A stretch of 20,000 nt of DNA from Brevibacterium luteolum (GTDB lineage: Bacteria > Actinomycetota > Actinomycetes > Actinomycetales > Brevibacteriaceae): assembly GCF_013004595.1 (NCBI RefSeq), contig NZ_JABEMC010000005.1:231559-251558 (forward strand), in the 5' to 3' direction. Positions within the stretch are counted from its first letter, which is position 1; each line of letters starts with the position of its first letter. Of the stretch, positions 1 to 9,501 are shown piece after piece. Both the position numbers and the translations under genes were made by a program. The notes under the pieces are model-generated. The model was given only the letters and a program-made list of their open reading frames with translations, ran no database searches and was not told where the DNA came from.

Positions 1-123
1 ACCTCGGGAGCGGAGCCAGCCACCGCCTCGGCACCGGTGACCGGCACCGTCTGAACCACCGCCTCGGGCACGGGGATGAGCGGACACGATTTGGACACAA
101 TCACCGGTGCCGCACAGCCGCCA

Positions 124-152
124 GTGACTTGTGACATGCTTCACGATAAGCT
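124..152 (+). promoter_or_regulatory. Putative sigmaA promoter of the ABC operon with a CRP/GlxR-like site in the spacer
   Basis: GTGACT(124-129)-17 nt-TAAGCT(147-152); TGTGA-catgct-TCACG at 130-145 matches TGTGA-N6-TCACA at 9/10 positions. Confidence 0.5.
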
Positions 153-249
153 CATCGGCACACCGCACTTTCGGTGGGCGCCGGAGCACCGGCGCCGGGT
201 TCGCACCACCCGGTGACAACCTCACCGCACCGCAACCAGGAGGAATTCC

Positions 250-1071
250 GTGAAGCGATCCTTGAGCATTGCTGCCCTGACGGCGGCATCAGTCCTAGTC
301 CTGTCCGCCTGCGGCGGCAGCGGCGGAGACGACGGCAACGGCGCCGAAGGCTTCCAGCCCGTCTCCGGCGGCAAACTGACCCTGTGCTCCGACATCCCCT
401 ATGAGCCGTTCGAGTTCACCGACGAGAACAACGAGACCGTCGGCTTCGACATCGACCTGGCCAACAAGCTCGCCGAGCGTCTCGACCTCGAACTCGACGT
501 CGTCACTACCGGCTTCGAAGCCATCGAATCAGGCTCCGCACTCGACACCGCGCAGTGCGACCTGGCGCTGTCGGGCATGTCGATCACCGAAGAGCGAGCG
601 ACGAAGTTCGACTTCTCCCACAAGTACCTGCTCGACAACCTCGGCCTCATGGTCACCAAGGAATCGGGCATCACATCACTCGATGAGCTCAAGGACAAAG
701 AGGTCGGGGCTCAGCAGGCGACGACCGGTGAGGCGTATGCCAAGGACGCCGGAGCCAAGGTCGTGCAGTTCGAAGATTCCGGCCTGCTGACCCAGGCGAT
801 CACCTCGGGCCAGATCGACGCTGCGGTGGCGAACCTCTCGACGATCTACGCCGCCACCCAGGCCAGCGACAAGCTCGAGCTCGCCGAGGACTACGACACC
901 GACGAGGCACTCGGCGCCGGCTTCAAGAAGGGCAACACCGAACTTGCCGATGAGTTCAACACGATGCTCGGCGAGATGTTCGAAGACGGCTCGTACGACG
1001 AGCTCGTCGACGAATGGTTCGGCGAGGTCGCCGATGCCGCGAAGGTCCCGGAGGACCAGCGCGGATCCTGA
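250..1071 (+). CDS. Polar amino acid ABC transporter substrate-binding lipoprotein (SBP family 3), copy 1
   Basis: AGGAGG RBS before GTG; lipobox LSAC; PYEPFEF, GFDIDL, MSITEER, FS..Y motifs. Confidence 0.93.
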   Translation: MKRSLSIAALTAASVLVLSACGGSGGDDGNGAEGFQPVSGGKLTLCSDIPYEPFEFTDENNETVGFDIDLANKLAERLDLELDVVTTGFEAIESGSALDTAQCDLALSGMSITEERATKFDFSHKYLLDNLGLMVTKESGITSLDELKDKEVGAQQATTGEAYAKDAGAKVVQFEDSGLLTQAITSGQIDAAVANLSTIYAATQASDKLELAEDYDTDEALGAGFKKGNTELADEFNTMLGEMFEDGSYDELVDEWFGEVADAAKVPEDQRGS

Positions 1072-1086
1072 TCCTGCTGCCCCGCA

Positions 1087-1126
1087 CCCGAGGCGGGCCG
1101 ACGCACTGACGCCGGCCCGCCTCGGG
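1087..1126 (+). repeat. Intercistronic 14-bp stem-loop (REP-like; mRNA stabiliser or partial terminator)
   Basis: CCCGAGGCGGGCCG(1087-1100) and CGGCCCGCCTCGGG(1113-1126) are perfect reverse complements, between the SBP and permease genes. Confidence 0.75.
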
Positions 1127-1224
1127 CACGGCAGGGTTGACACACTGAGCGAGCGGCCAGCCGGCGGCGCGAACCGCAGCCGGGGCGGCAGCACGACTCC
1201 ACCCACCCCACAAGGAGCTTTACG

Positions 1225-2016
1225 GTGGCAATGACTATGCGCCAGCGGGCACGCATGTCCCGCGGCATCCAGTACGCGATTCTCATCATCGCCGTCATCG
1301 TCGCGGCATTCCTCGCCGACTGGGGCACGATCTTCGGGAAGTTCTTCAACCCGCAGGTCATGGCCGACCAGTTCCCCGGCATCATCACGATCGCGCTGAA
1401 GAACACCCTCATCTACACCGCCCTGGGCTTCGTGCTCGGACTGGCGCTGGGCATCCTGCTCGCGCTCATGAAGATCTCCTCCGTCGGGCCCTACCGGTGG
1501 CTCTCGACCCTGTACATCGAGTTCTTCCGCGGGGTCCCGGCTCTGCTTGTGTTCATCGCGCTGGGCTACGGCATCCCATACGCCTTCGGCATGCGGATGG
1601 ACACGTACCTCACCGTCATGCTTGCGCTGGGCATCGTGTCGTCTGCCTACATCGCCGAAACCCTGCGCGCCGGCCTGCAGGCCGTACCCAAGGGCCAGTA
1701 CGAGGCGGCCCGCTCACTGGGCATGACGCACTCGCGGGCGATGATCACGATCGTCATCCCGCAGGCGTTCCGCATCATCCTGCCGCCGCTGACGAACGAG
1801 ATCATCCTCATGACGAAGGACTCCTCGCTCATCTACCTGCTCGGCCTTGCCGCCAGCCAGTACGAGCTGACGAAGTTCGGCCGCGAGGCGATCACCGCTC
1901 CCGAGGCGGGCCTGACCCCGCTGGTGGTCGCCGGTGCCTGCTACCTCGTCATCACCGTGCCGCTGGGCATCCTGGCCCGGAGGTTCGAGTCCCGTACCGC
2001 CAAGATCAAGAAGTAG
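1225..2016 (+). CDS. Amino acid ABC transporter permease (HisM/GlnP family)
   Basis: AAGGAG RBS; YIEFFRGVP, AYIAETLRAG, GQYEAARSLGM (EAA loop), KDSSL motifs. Confidence 0.95.
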   Translation: MAMTMRQRARMSRGIQYAILIIAVIVAAFLADWGTIFGKFFNPQVMADQFPGIITIALKNTLIYTALGFVLGLALGILLALMKISSVGPYRWLSTLYIEFFRGVPALLVFIALGYGIPYAFGMRMDTYLTVMLALGIVSSAYIAETLRAGLQAVPKGQYEAARSLGMTHSRAMITIVIPQAFRIILPPLTNEIILMTKDSSLIYLLGLAASQYELTKFGREAITAPEAGLTPLVVAGACYLVITVPLGILARRFESRTAKIKK

Positions 2017-2910
<894 letters not shown>

Positions 2911-2913
2911 GCA

Positions 2914-2953
2914 ACCACCGCCTCGGGAACGGGACACCCGCCTCGGGAACGGG
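2914..2953 (+). repeat. Two tandem copies of the dispersed GC-rich repeat CCGCCTCGGGAACGGG
   Basis: Identical 16-mers at 2918-2933 and 2938-2953; related copies at 55-73, 7927-7944 (reverse) and 10582-10600. Confidence 0.8.
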
Positions 2954-2988
2954 CCCGGGGCGTGAAGTCCACCAGCACAGGAGACGAC

Positions 2989-3813
2989 ATGACACGCACA
3001 CGGCACCTCACCACACTCACCGCACTGGCTGCCGCCGGAGCCCTGATGCTCTCCGCCTGCGGCGGAAGCGGATCCGGCGCGACCGACGGCGGCAGCGACT
3101 ACCAGCTGGCCAAGGACGGCAAGCTCATCATGTGCTCAACGCTGCCGTATGAGCCCTTCGAGTTCACCCGCGATGGAGAGTCGGTCGGATTCGACATCGA
3201 CCTGGCGAAGAAGCTCGCCGAGCGGCTCGACCTGGAGTACGAGCTCGTCGACACCGGGTTCGAGGCGATCGAGTCGGCCTCGGTGCTCGACACGCAGCAG
3301 TGCGACATCTCGCTGGCGGGCATGACGATCACCGATGACCGGGCGACGAAGATGGACTTCACCGACGCCTACCTGCTCGACAACCTCGCGCTTATGGTGC
3401 GCAAGGACTCCGGCATCACGTCGATTGCCGAGCTCAGGGGCAAGGAGGTCGGCGTCAAACAGGCGACGACCGGTGAGAAGTACGCCCAGGAGCAGGGCGC
3501 GGAGACCGTGCAGTTCGAGGACAACACGATCATGATCCAGGCGATCAGCTCCGGGCAGGTCAACGCGATGGTCTCGAACGTGTCGATGATCTACTCTGCC
3601 GTACAGACTGATGACAACCTGGAGCTCGTCGAAAGCTACGACACCAACGAGCAGCTCGGCGCCGCGGTCGTCAAGGGCAACGACAAGCTGGCCGAGGAGT
3701 TCAACACGATGCTCGGCGAGATGTATGAGGACGGGTCGTATGACGAGCTCGTCGACGAATGGTTCGGCGAGGTCGCTGATGCCGCGCGGATCCCGCCAGA
3801 CCAGCGCGGCTGA
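2989..3813 (+). CDS. Polar amino acid ABC substrate-binding lipoprotein, copy 2
   Basis: AGGAG RBS before ATG 2989; lipobox LSAC; colinear paralog of 250..1071. Confidence 0.93.
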   Translation: MTRTRHLTTLTALAAAGALMLSACGGSGSGATDGGSDYQLAKDGKLIMCSTLPYEPFEFTRDGESVGFDIDLAKKLAERLDLEYELVDTGFEAIESASVLDTQQCDISLAGMTITDDRATKMDFTDAYLLDNLALMVRKDSGITSIAELRGKEVGVKQATTGEKYAQEQGAETVQFEDNTIMIQAISSGQVNAMVSNVSMIYSAVQTDDNLELVESYDTNEQLGAAVVKGNDKLAEEFNTMLGEMYEDGSYDELVDEWFGEVADAARIPPDQRG

Positions 3814-3900
3814 GGGCGCGTGGCTGCTGGGCCGTGGGTGCTGGGCCGAGGGTGGCTGGAGCTGCCGATGGCCCTGAAACTGGCCGCGGCTCAGTGCCGT

Positions 3901-3968
3901 GAGAAAAGTTAGTAAAGTTGTTCATGGTTTTTCGAGCAGAAACCATGAATAGCTTTACTAACTTTCTC
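3901..3968. repeat. AT-rich long imperfect palindrome, copy 1
   Basis: Arms 3901-3930 and 3940-3968; about 29-bp stem with two G.U pairs on the + strand and a 1-nt bulge. Confidence 0.9.
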
Positions 3969-4026
3969 TGGTGATGGCCGGGGCGGCTTCTGACAGGACA
4001 CGTTCGATGCAACTGTGGAGGAACCA

Positions 4027-4758
4027 ATGACCGATAACGCTTACGCACATCCGCGATTGGCGAAGCTCTACGACGGCTTCGAAGGTGACCGCTCCGATCT
4101 CGACTGCTACGTCGAGGTGCTCAGCGAGGCGGGCGTGCGCTCGGTACTCGACGTTGGATGCGGCACCGGAGTGTTCGCACTGCGGCTCTCCGATCTGGGC
4201 TTGGAGGTCACCGGGGTCGATCCCGGCGCCGGCATGATTGATGTCGCGCGTGCCAAGCCTGGCGCGGATGCGGTGAGGTGGATCGTCGGTGAAGCCGCAG
4301 ACGCCCTGCCGATTCAAGTCGATGCGGTCACGATGACGGCCAATGTCGCGATGGTCTTCACCTCCGACGATCACTGGGAAGCGACGTTACAGGCCATTCA
4401 TGCCGCGCTGCGGCCTGGCGGGCTCCTCGCGTTCGAGTCGCGCAACCCCGCCGATCGCGGTTGGGACCGGTGGGGCCACCCTTATATGGAGATGGACGTA
4501 GCAGACGAGAGGATCGTGACATCGCAAGAGGTCACCTCCGTCAACCTGCCGCTCGTGACGTTCGTCGACACCAACCGGTTCCTCAGCGACGGAGAAGTGC
4601 TGACGTCCACGTCGACGCTGCGGTTCCGGGAGGAGGCGGAGATTCGCACGTCCCTGAAGGAGTGCGGATTCACCGAGATCGACGTTCGCGATCTGCCCTA
4701 TGCCCCGGGCCGCGGCTGGCTCGTCGTCTGCCGGAAGCCTGCGGGAGAAAGTTTGTAG
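4027..4758 (+). CDS. Class I SAM-dependent methyltransferase
   Basis: GGAGG RBS before ATG 4027; VLDVGCGTG motif I, VTGVDP motif II, LRPGGLLAFE. Confidence 0.9.
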   Translation: MTDNAYAHPRLAKLYDGFEGDRSDLDCYVEVLSEAGVRSVLDVGCGTGVFALRLSDLGLEVTGVDPGAGMIDVARAKPGADAVRWIVGEAADALPIQVDAVTMTANVAMVFTSDDHWEATLQAIHAALRPGGLLAFESRNPADRGWDRWGHPYMEMDVADERIVTSQEVTSVNLPLVTFVDTNRFLSDGEVLTSTSTLRFREEAEIRTSLKECGFTEIDVRDLPYAPGRGWLVVCRKPAGESL

Positions 4759-4808
4759 AGCTACTCATCTGATCCGGCCCTCAGAATATGAACAGCTCTA
4801 CAAACTTT
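4745..4808. repeat. AT-rich long imperfect palindrome, copy 2 (contains the methyltransferase stop codon)
   Basis: AAAGTTTGTAGAGCT(4748-4762)/AGCTCTACAAACTTT(4794-4808) perfect 15-bp inverted repeat; right arm 18/21 identical to that of copy 1. Confidence 0.9.
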
Positions 4809-4837
4809 GCGCGGACAGGGTTCGCTCCGGGGATTCG

Positions 4838-4889
4838 CTGGTCAGACTTTGGCCCTGCTGAGTGCTTCAGAGGGTCAAAGTGTGACCAG
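4838..4889. terminator. Imperfect inverted repeat between convergent genes (possible terminator or REP)
   Basis: CTGGTCAGACTTTGGCCCT...AGGGTCAAAGTGTGACCAG, with an inner CTGA/TCAG pair. Confidence 0.55.
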
Positions 4890-4934
4890 TCTTCAGAGAG
4901 CCCCAAGCAGGCCTGAACCAGCCGAGTTCAGCGA

Positions 4935-6206
4935 TCAGGCAAACGCGGCGAGCACCTGGCCGACGGCCAGTCCGAGGAAGGTGCCGGCGAAGGCGCCGAT
5001 GAGGGCGAAGAGCACACCGACCGGGACGAGCTGCCGGTTGAAGGCGCTCGCAACGACCGGGGCTGAGGCCACTCCACCGATGTTGGCCGTCGACGCCACG
5101 GCGATGCTGAACAGCTCGGTCTTCGTCGCCTTGGCGTACAGCACCATGAGCACGAGGTGGATGAGCACCACCATGACGCCGGCAAGCAGGTACAGCGGCG
5201 CCTCGACGAGCGAGGTGAAGTCGGAGTCGGCGGCGATGACGCCGATGATGATGTAGAGCATGATCTGGGCGACTTCCGAAGAGCCGGGCATCTTGCCCCA
5301 GCGGGTCGAGCCGATGATGAGGCCGAGGACGGAGACGATGAGGATCGTCCACGTCGTCGAGGTCACGACGACGCCGATCTCCGGCAGCAGACCGCCGATC
5401 CATGTCGCCGCAGCTGAGGCGAACAGGCCCAGGGCGAGCACCCGGAACAGGGAGACGAGATCGAGAGTCTCCCCCGCCTCGGCGCCGGTGGCAGCGGGCG
5501 CGCCGGCGGCGGTAGACGCACCGGCCGCGGCAGGCGCGTCGGTGGCGGCGGGTGCACGGGTGGCGGCGGTGGAAGCGGTCGCGCCGGTGGCGGCGGGTGC
5601 TGTGGCGGAGGAGTGGACGTCGAGATAGGATGTGTCGGCTTTGGTCCAGGCGTTGAAGCGGTCGGAGACGGTGACCGAGGAGAACATCACGAGCAGCCAC
5701 ACGGAGTAGATGATCGTGTCGACGATGAGCACGTGGCCGAAGACGTTCTCCGGGGCATCGAGGATCCCCTGTACGGCGACCATGTTGGCCGATCCACCGG
5801 TCCACGAGGCGGCGAGCGCGGACAGGCCCTTCCACGCCTCGGGGTCGAGCAGGCCGCGGAAGACGAGGAACGTCAGCACGAAACCGAGCAGGATCGACAG
5901 GGCCGAGGCCGCATAGGTCAGCAGCAGCTTGGGGCCGAGCTTGATGATCTGGCGGATGTCGCACTGGAAGAGCAGCAGCATGATCATCGCCGGCAGGAGC
6001 GCGTCCTTGACCCCGCCGCCGACGTCGGTGATCGAGTCGGATTCGCCGAAGACGCCGATGGTGTTGAGCAGCGCGGCGATGAGGTAGAGGAACACGAAGC
6101 CGGGCACGAATCTGAAGACACGCACTCCGCGGCGCTTCTCCAGGTAGACGAGGACGGCTGAGATGGCGATGAGCAGGCTGAGGAAGAGGAATCCGTCGGT
6201 GATCAT
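4935..6206 (-). CDS. DUF819-family integral membrane protein (putative transporter)
   Basis: Many TM segments; SWTGGSANMVA and ASTANIGGVASAPVVA motifs; start placed at MITDG (6206). Confidence 0.85.
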   Translation of the reverse strand: MITDGFLFLSLLIAISAVLVYLEKRRGVRVFRFVPGFVFLYLIAALLNTIGVFGESDSITDVGGGVKDALLPAMIMLLLFQCDIRQIIKLGPKLLLTYAASALSILLGFVLTFLVFRGLLDPEAWKGLSALAASWTGGSANMVAVQGILDAPENVFGHVLIVDTIIYSVWLLVMFSSVTVSDRFNAWTKADTSYLDVHSSATAPAATGATASTAATRAPAATDAPAAAGASTAAGAPAATGAEAGETLDLVSLFRVLALGLFASAAATWIGGLLPEIGVVVTSTTWTILIVSVLGLIIGSTRWGKMPGSSEVAQIMLYIIIGVIAADSDFTSLVEAPLYLLAGVMVVLIHLVLMVLYAKATKTELFSIAVASTANIGGVASAPVVASAFNRQLVPVGVLFALIGAFAGTFLGLAVGQVLAAFA

Positions 6207-6363
6207 GAGGGGCTCCGGTTGGGGATGTGAGGGGCGGGTGCTCGGTAAGCGAAACCGGAGCTGAGGAGCCGCCGGCGTCACTGCCGAGCACGTGCCACGT
6301 TAGCAGGTGCGGGCATGTGACGCTGAGAGGAGCTGGGATGACCGCGCACAGTGCAGCTGCACA

Positions 6364-6443
6364 GTGCATCGGCACAGCATTGCGGTTCGGATCTCATGTT
6401 TGTGCATCGGCACAGCTTCGCGGTTCGGATGTCACGTTTGTGC
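6364..6443 (+). promoter_or_regulatory. 38-bp tandem direct repeat with TGTGC-N4-GCACA-type palindromic cores; putative operator
   Basis: Units 6364-6401 and 6402-6439 are 34/38 identical; located in the divergent DUF819/MFS intergenic region. Confidence 0.65.
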
Positions 6444-6559
6444 TTCAGCCCACACATGAGCCGGGCAGAGAGAGTAACGTGGTCCGGGGATACGCCTGTG
6501 CTCACGGCGCCCCGGCGCCCTCGCGGCCAGCCGCAGTCACCTACGCTTCAGGAGATCCA

Positions 6560-7897
6560 ATGTCAGATCAGGCCGGCCCGTCCGAGACCGCCTCAGCGCG
6601 CGCCCCGTACATCGAGGTCGATGAGACCACCGCGCGCAAGGCCGCGACCGCCGCGCTCGTCGGCACGGCGATGGAGTGGTACGACTTCTTCCTCTTCACC
6701 ACTGCGGCGGCCATCGTCTTCAACGTCCAGTACTTCCACTCCGAGGACCCGGCGATGGCCACCATCCAGTCCTTCGCCACGATGGGTGTCGGCTTCGTCG
6801 CCCGCCCGATCGGCGCTTTCGTCTTCGGCCACCTCGGCGACCGGATCGGCCGTAAGGCCGTCCTCATGATCACGATCATCGGCATCGGCGTGGCCACCGG
6901 CCTCATCGGCCTGCTGCCGACGTACTTCCAGATCGGCATCTGGGCGCCGATCGCGCTCGTCGCCCTGCGCATCGTCCAAGGTCTGGCCGTCGGCGGCGAA
7001 TGGGGTGGCGCGGTCACCGTCGCCGTCGAGAACGCCCCGCCCGCCAAGCGCGCCCGCTACGCCGTGTTCCCGCAGATCGGCTCCCCGATCGGCACACTCA
7101 TGTCCTCCGGCGGGTTCTTCCTCATGGCGGTCATCGTGCCCACCCAGGCCTTCGACGCCTGGGGCTGGCGGATCCCGTTCCTCGCCGCGATCCCGCTGCT
7201 GCTCGTCGCCGTCTACATCCGCAAGCAGCTGGAGGAATCCCCGATCTTCCGCGAGCTCGAAGAGGCCGGTGAGAAGGAGTCCGCCCCGGTCCTCGAACTG
7301 TTCCGCAAGTCGTTCCCGCAGGTGCTCGTCGGGATGGGCGCGAACTTCCTCGGCGTCGGCGGGTTCTTCCTCGTCACCACCTTCGTCGTCTCCTACGGCA
7401 CCGGCGTGCTCGGCATGACCAAGCCGCTCATGCTCGGCGCAACCCTGGCCGCCGCTGCCATCGAGATCGTCGTGCTCATCTACTTCGGTCGCCTGGCCGA
7501 GCGCCTCGGCGTCTCCCGCGTGGCGGTCATCGGCAGTGTCGCGACGATTGTCATCGCCTTCCCGATCTTCCTCATGATCGAATCGACCGTCCCCGTGCTC
7601 GTGATCCTCGGCGTCACCATCGGCGTGGCCTGCCTGTCGATCCCGTACGCCGTCAACGGTGCGCTGACCACCGCACTGTTCCCGCCCTCGCACCGCCTGT
7701 CCGGTGTGGCGATCTCAGCGAACCTCTCAGCGATGGTCTCAGGCTTCGTGCCGATGCTCGCGACGGTGTTCCTCGCCGCGACCGACAACGCCTGGTGGCC
7801 GGCCCCGGCGATGCTTGCCGTCATCGCCGCGATCACCGGCATCTGCTCGCTCATCGCCCCGCGGGTCTCCGAGGACATCCCCGGCTACCTGCGCTGA
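6560..7897 (+). CDS. MFS transporter, metabolite:H+ symporter (MHS; ShiA/ProP-like)
   Basis: AGGAG RBS before ATG 6560; GTAMEWYDFF, ARPIGAFVFGHLGDRIGRK, QGLAVGGEWGGA, WGWRIPFL, EESP motifs. Confidence 0.93.
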   Translation: MSDQAGPSETASARAPYIEVDETTARKAATAALVGTAMEWYDFFLFTTAAAIVFNVQYFHSEDPAMATIQSFATMGVGFVARPIGAFVFGHLGDRIGRKAVLMITIIGIGVATGLIGLLPTYFQIGIWAPIALVALRIVQGLAVGGEWGGAVTVAVENAPPAKRARYAVFPQIGSPIGTLMSSGGFFLMAVIVPTQAFDAWGWRIPFLAAIPLLLVAVYIRKQLEESPIFRELEEAGEKESAPVLELFRKSFPQVLVGMGANFLGVGGFFLVTTFVVSYGTGVLGMTKPLMLGATLAAAAIEIVVLIYFGRLAERLGVSRVAVIGSVATIVIAFPIFLMIESTVPVLVILGVTIGVACLSIPYAVNGALTTALFPPSHRLSGVAISANLSAMVSGFVPMLATVFLAATDNAWWPAPAMLAVIAAITGICSLIAPRVSEDIPGYLR

Positions 7898-7969
7898 GTC
7901 GATTGGCTCCGGCGGCCCGGGGGCTGCCGTTCCCGAGGCGGTGGCCGACGGCCGACGCTGCGCCCGGCG

Positions 7970-9220
7970 TCACGGCCCCAGCAGCGCAAGCGGCACAACG
8001 GCGATCCCATCGGGACGGCGGTATGCCGTCGTCCCTGTGGTGACGACCACGAGGTCTGCAATCCGGTCTGGAATCTGGTCGCGCAGCCACAGTAGATGTC
8101 TGACGTCTGCAGGGGAGACACTGGGCGTGAGTTTGACCTCGCAGCCGACGACCTGCCCATCGACGCCTTCGACGATGAGATCGACTTCGCGATCTCCGCC
8201 ATACATCCGCAGATGTCTCACGCGGGCTTCCGCGGCTTGAGCAGCGACTTTTACGCTCAATGTGACAAGCGATTCGAAGAGGGGACCCAGCATATGCGAA
8301 CCCGTTCTCCCTACCAGGGAACCAGCAGACAGGCCCAGCAGTCGTGCCGCCAGCGCAGGGTCGGCGAGATGGTGCTTGGGTGCTTCCTGGAGTCTGCGCA
8401 GATCATTGTGTGCTGGCAGCCAACCAGGAACCGGGTCGAGCAGCCACAGCCGGGTGAGGTGCTCCCGATACGCCATTGTGGTCGTCTTCGCCGGCTGTGA
8501 ACCGTCGCCTCCGGTGGTGGCATCGAGTATTTTCGAGTAGGCCGTCGTCGTGGACACAGCCGCCGCATAGGCGGCAAGCCACCGGCGCAGCACCTCTGGA
8601 CGACGCACACGAAAACCCGAATCCGGAAGCTCACGGTCGATGATTCTGTCGATGTAGGAGTCGAGCATTGCTCGTCTGACTCGCGGCGCGGCCGTCATGA
8701 CGCCCGGGAATCCACCAGCGGCGATGGACTCTGCATAGTCGGCGACGGTGAACTGGGACTCCCCTTCGATCGCGCGCTGCTCCCCGCTCAGCAACGCAGC
8801 CAACGACACGGTGGGTGTCACGGCGCCTCGCTCATGCAGCGCCATCGGCCGCATCCGGAGCGAGAGGATCCGTCCTGCTCCGCTATGCGTACCAGCGGCA
8901 TCCGTTGGAGTCGCCGACCCTGTCAGGAGAAACCGGCCGGGTTCAGCTCCGGCATCGACCCGCCGGCGGACTGCATCCCATACCTGCGGGAGCTTCTGCC
9001 ATTCATCGATGAGCAGCGTGCCTTGTGGCACTGCTGAAAAGGTGAAGTCGGCGGCGGCGATCTCTCGCTGCCCAGGGTCATCGAGCATCCACTCTGTGGA
9101 AGCCCGCCGAGAAGCGGTATCGGTCTTGCCGACGCCCTTGGGGCCGTCGATGGCGATAGCCGGCGCCATCGACATGAGATCGTCCAGCTCCGTATCAATC
9201 GTTCGACGCTGATAATCCAT
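7970..9220 (-). CDS. AAA_14 ATPase with DUF4143 and a C-terminal PD-(D/E)XK-like domain
   Basis: Walker A IDGPKGVGKT, Walker B LLIDEWQ, FLLTGSA, PKHHLADPAL, FESLV, REVDLIVE...CEVK; GAAAGGG RBS before ATG 9220. Confidence 0.9.
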   Translation of the reverse strand: MDYQRRTIDTELDDLMSMAPAIAIDGPKGVGKTDTASRRASTEWMLDDPGQREIAAADFTFSAVPQGTLLIDEWQKLPQVWDAVRRRVDAGAEPGRFLLTGSATPTDAAGTHSGAGRILSLRMRPMALHERGAVTPTVSLAALLSGEQRAIEGESQFTVADYAESIAAGGFPGVMTAAPRVRRAMLDSYIDRIIDRELPDSGFRVRRPEVLRRWLAAYAAAVSTTTAYSKILDATTGGDGSQPAKTTTMAYREHLTRLWLLDPVPGWLPAHNDLRRLQEAPKHHLADPALAARLLGLSAGSLVGRTGSHMLGPLFESLVTLSVKVAAQAAEARVRHLRMYGGDREVDLIVEGVDGQVVGCEVKLTPSVSPADVRHLLWLRDQIPDRIADLVVVTTGTTAYRRPDGIAVVPLALLGP

Positions 9221-9288
9221 GCACTGCCCTTTCCGCACTCTGCGCGATCACCCGCACTCGTTGCCCGAGTGCCAACGGCAGCCCGTTG

Positions 9289-9380
9289 ACACTACCATCT
9301 ACGACACTCGAACACTCCCTTACACGACACTTATACACTACCATCCACGATACCTGAACACTACCATTCACGATCGCACG
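9289..9380. repeat. Four tandem 23-bp degenerate direct repeats (core ACACTACCATYYACGA)
   Basis: Units start at 9289, 9312, 9335 and 9358. Confidence 0.9.
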
Positions 9381-9501
9381 TGAAGCGGTTCCGACCTGAA
9401 CCCAGAACAACCCGGATTCTCCATCCAGACGACGGCGGGCGCGCTGCGCGCCGGACGGCACGGCCCTGCACGCGGGCTGGAATCTGTGATTGAGTGTGGG
9501 T

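Noticed and set aside
3901..4808. Canonical integron attC sites
   Set aside because: GTT is in the left arm and AAC in the right, the reverse of RYYYAAC...GTTRRRY; no integron integrase is visible
6227..6559. 111-aa N-terminal extension of the MFS protein and the 25-aa extension of DUF819
   Set aside because: They run through the repeat-bearing intergenic region; RBS and family motifs point to starts at 6560 and 6206
9289..9380. CRISPR array
   Set aside because: The 23-nt period leaves only about 7 variable nt, too short for spacers; repeats are degenerate; no cas genes in the window
7948..9457. Degenerate direct repeat GACGGC..CGCTGCGC.CCGG on both sides of the DUF4143 gene as a target duplication
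   Set aside because: Gapped, almost all G/C, and plausible by chance; needs an empty-site comparison
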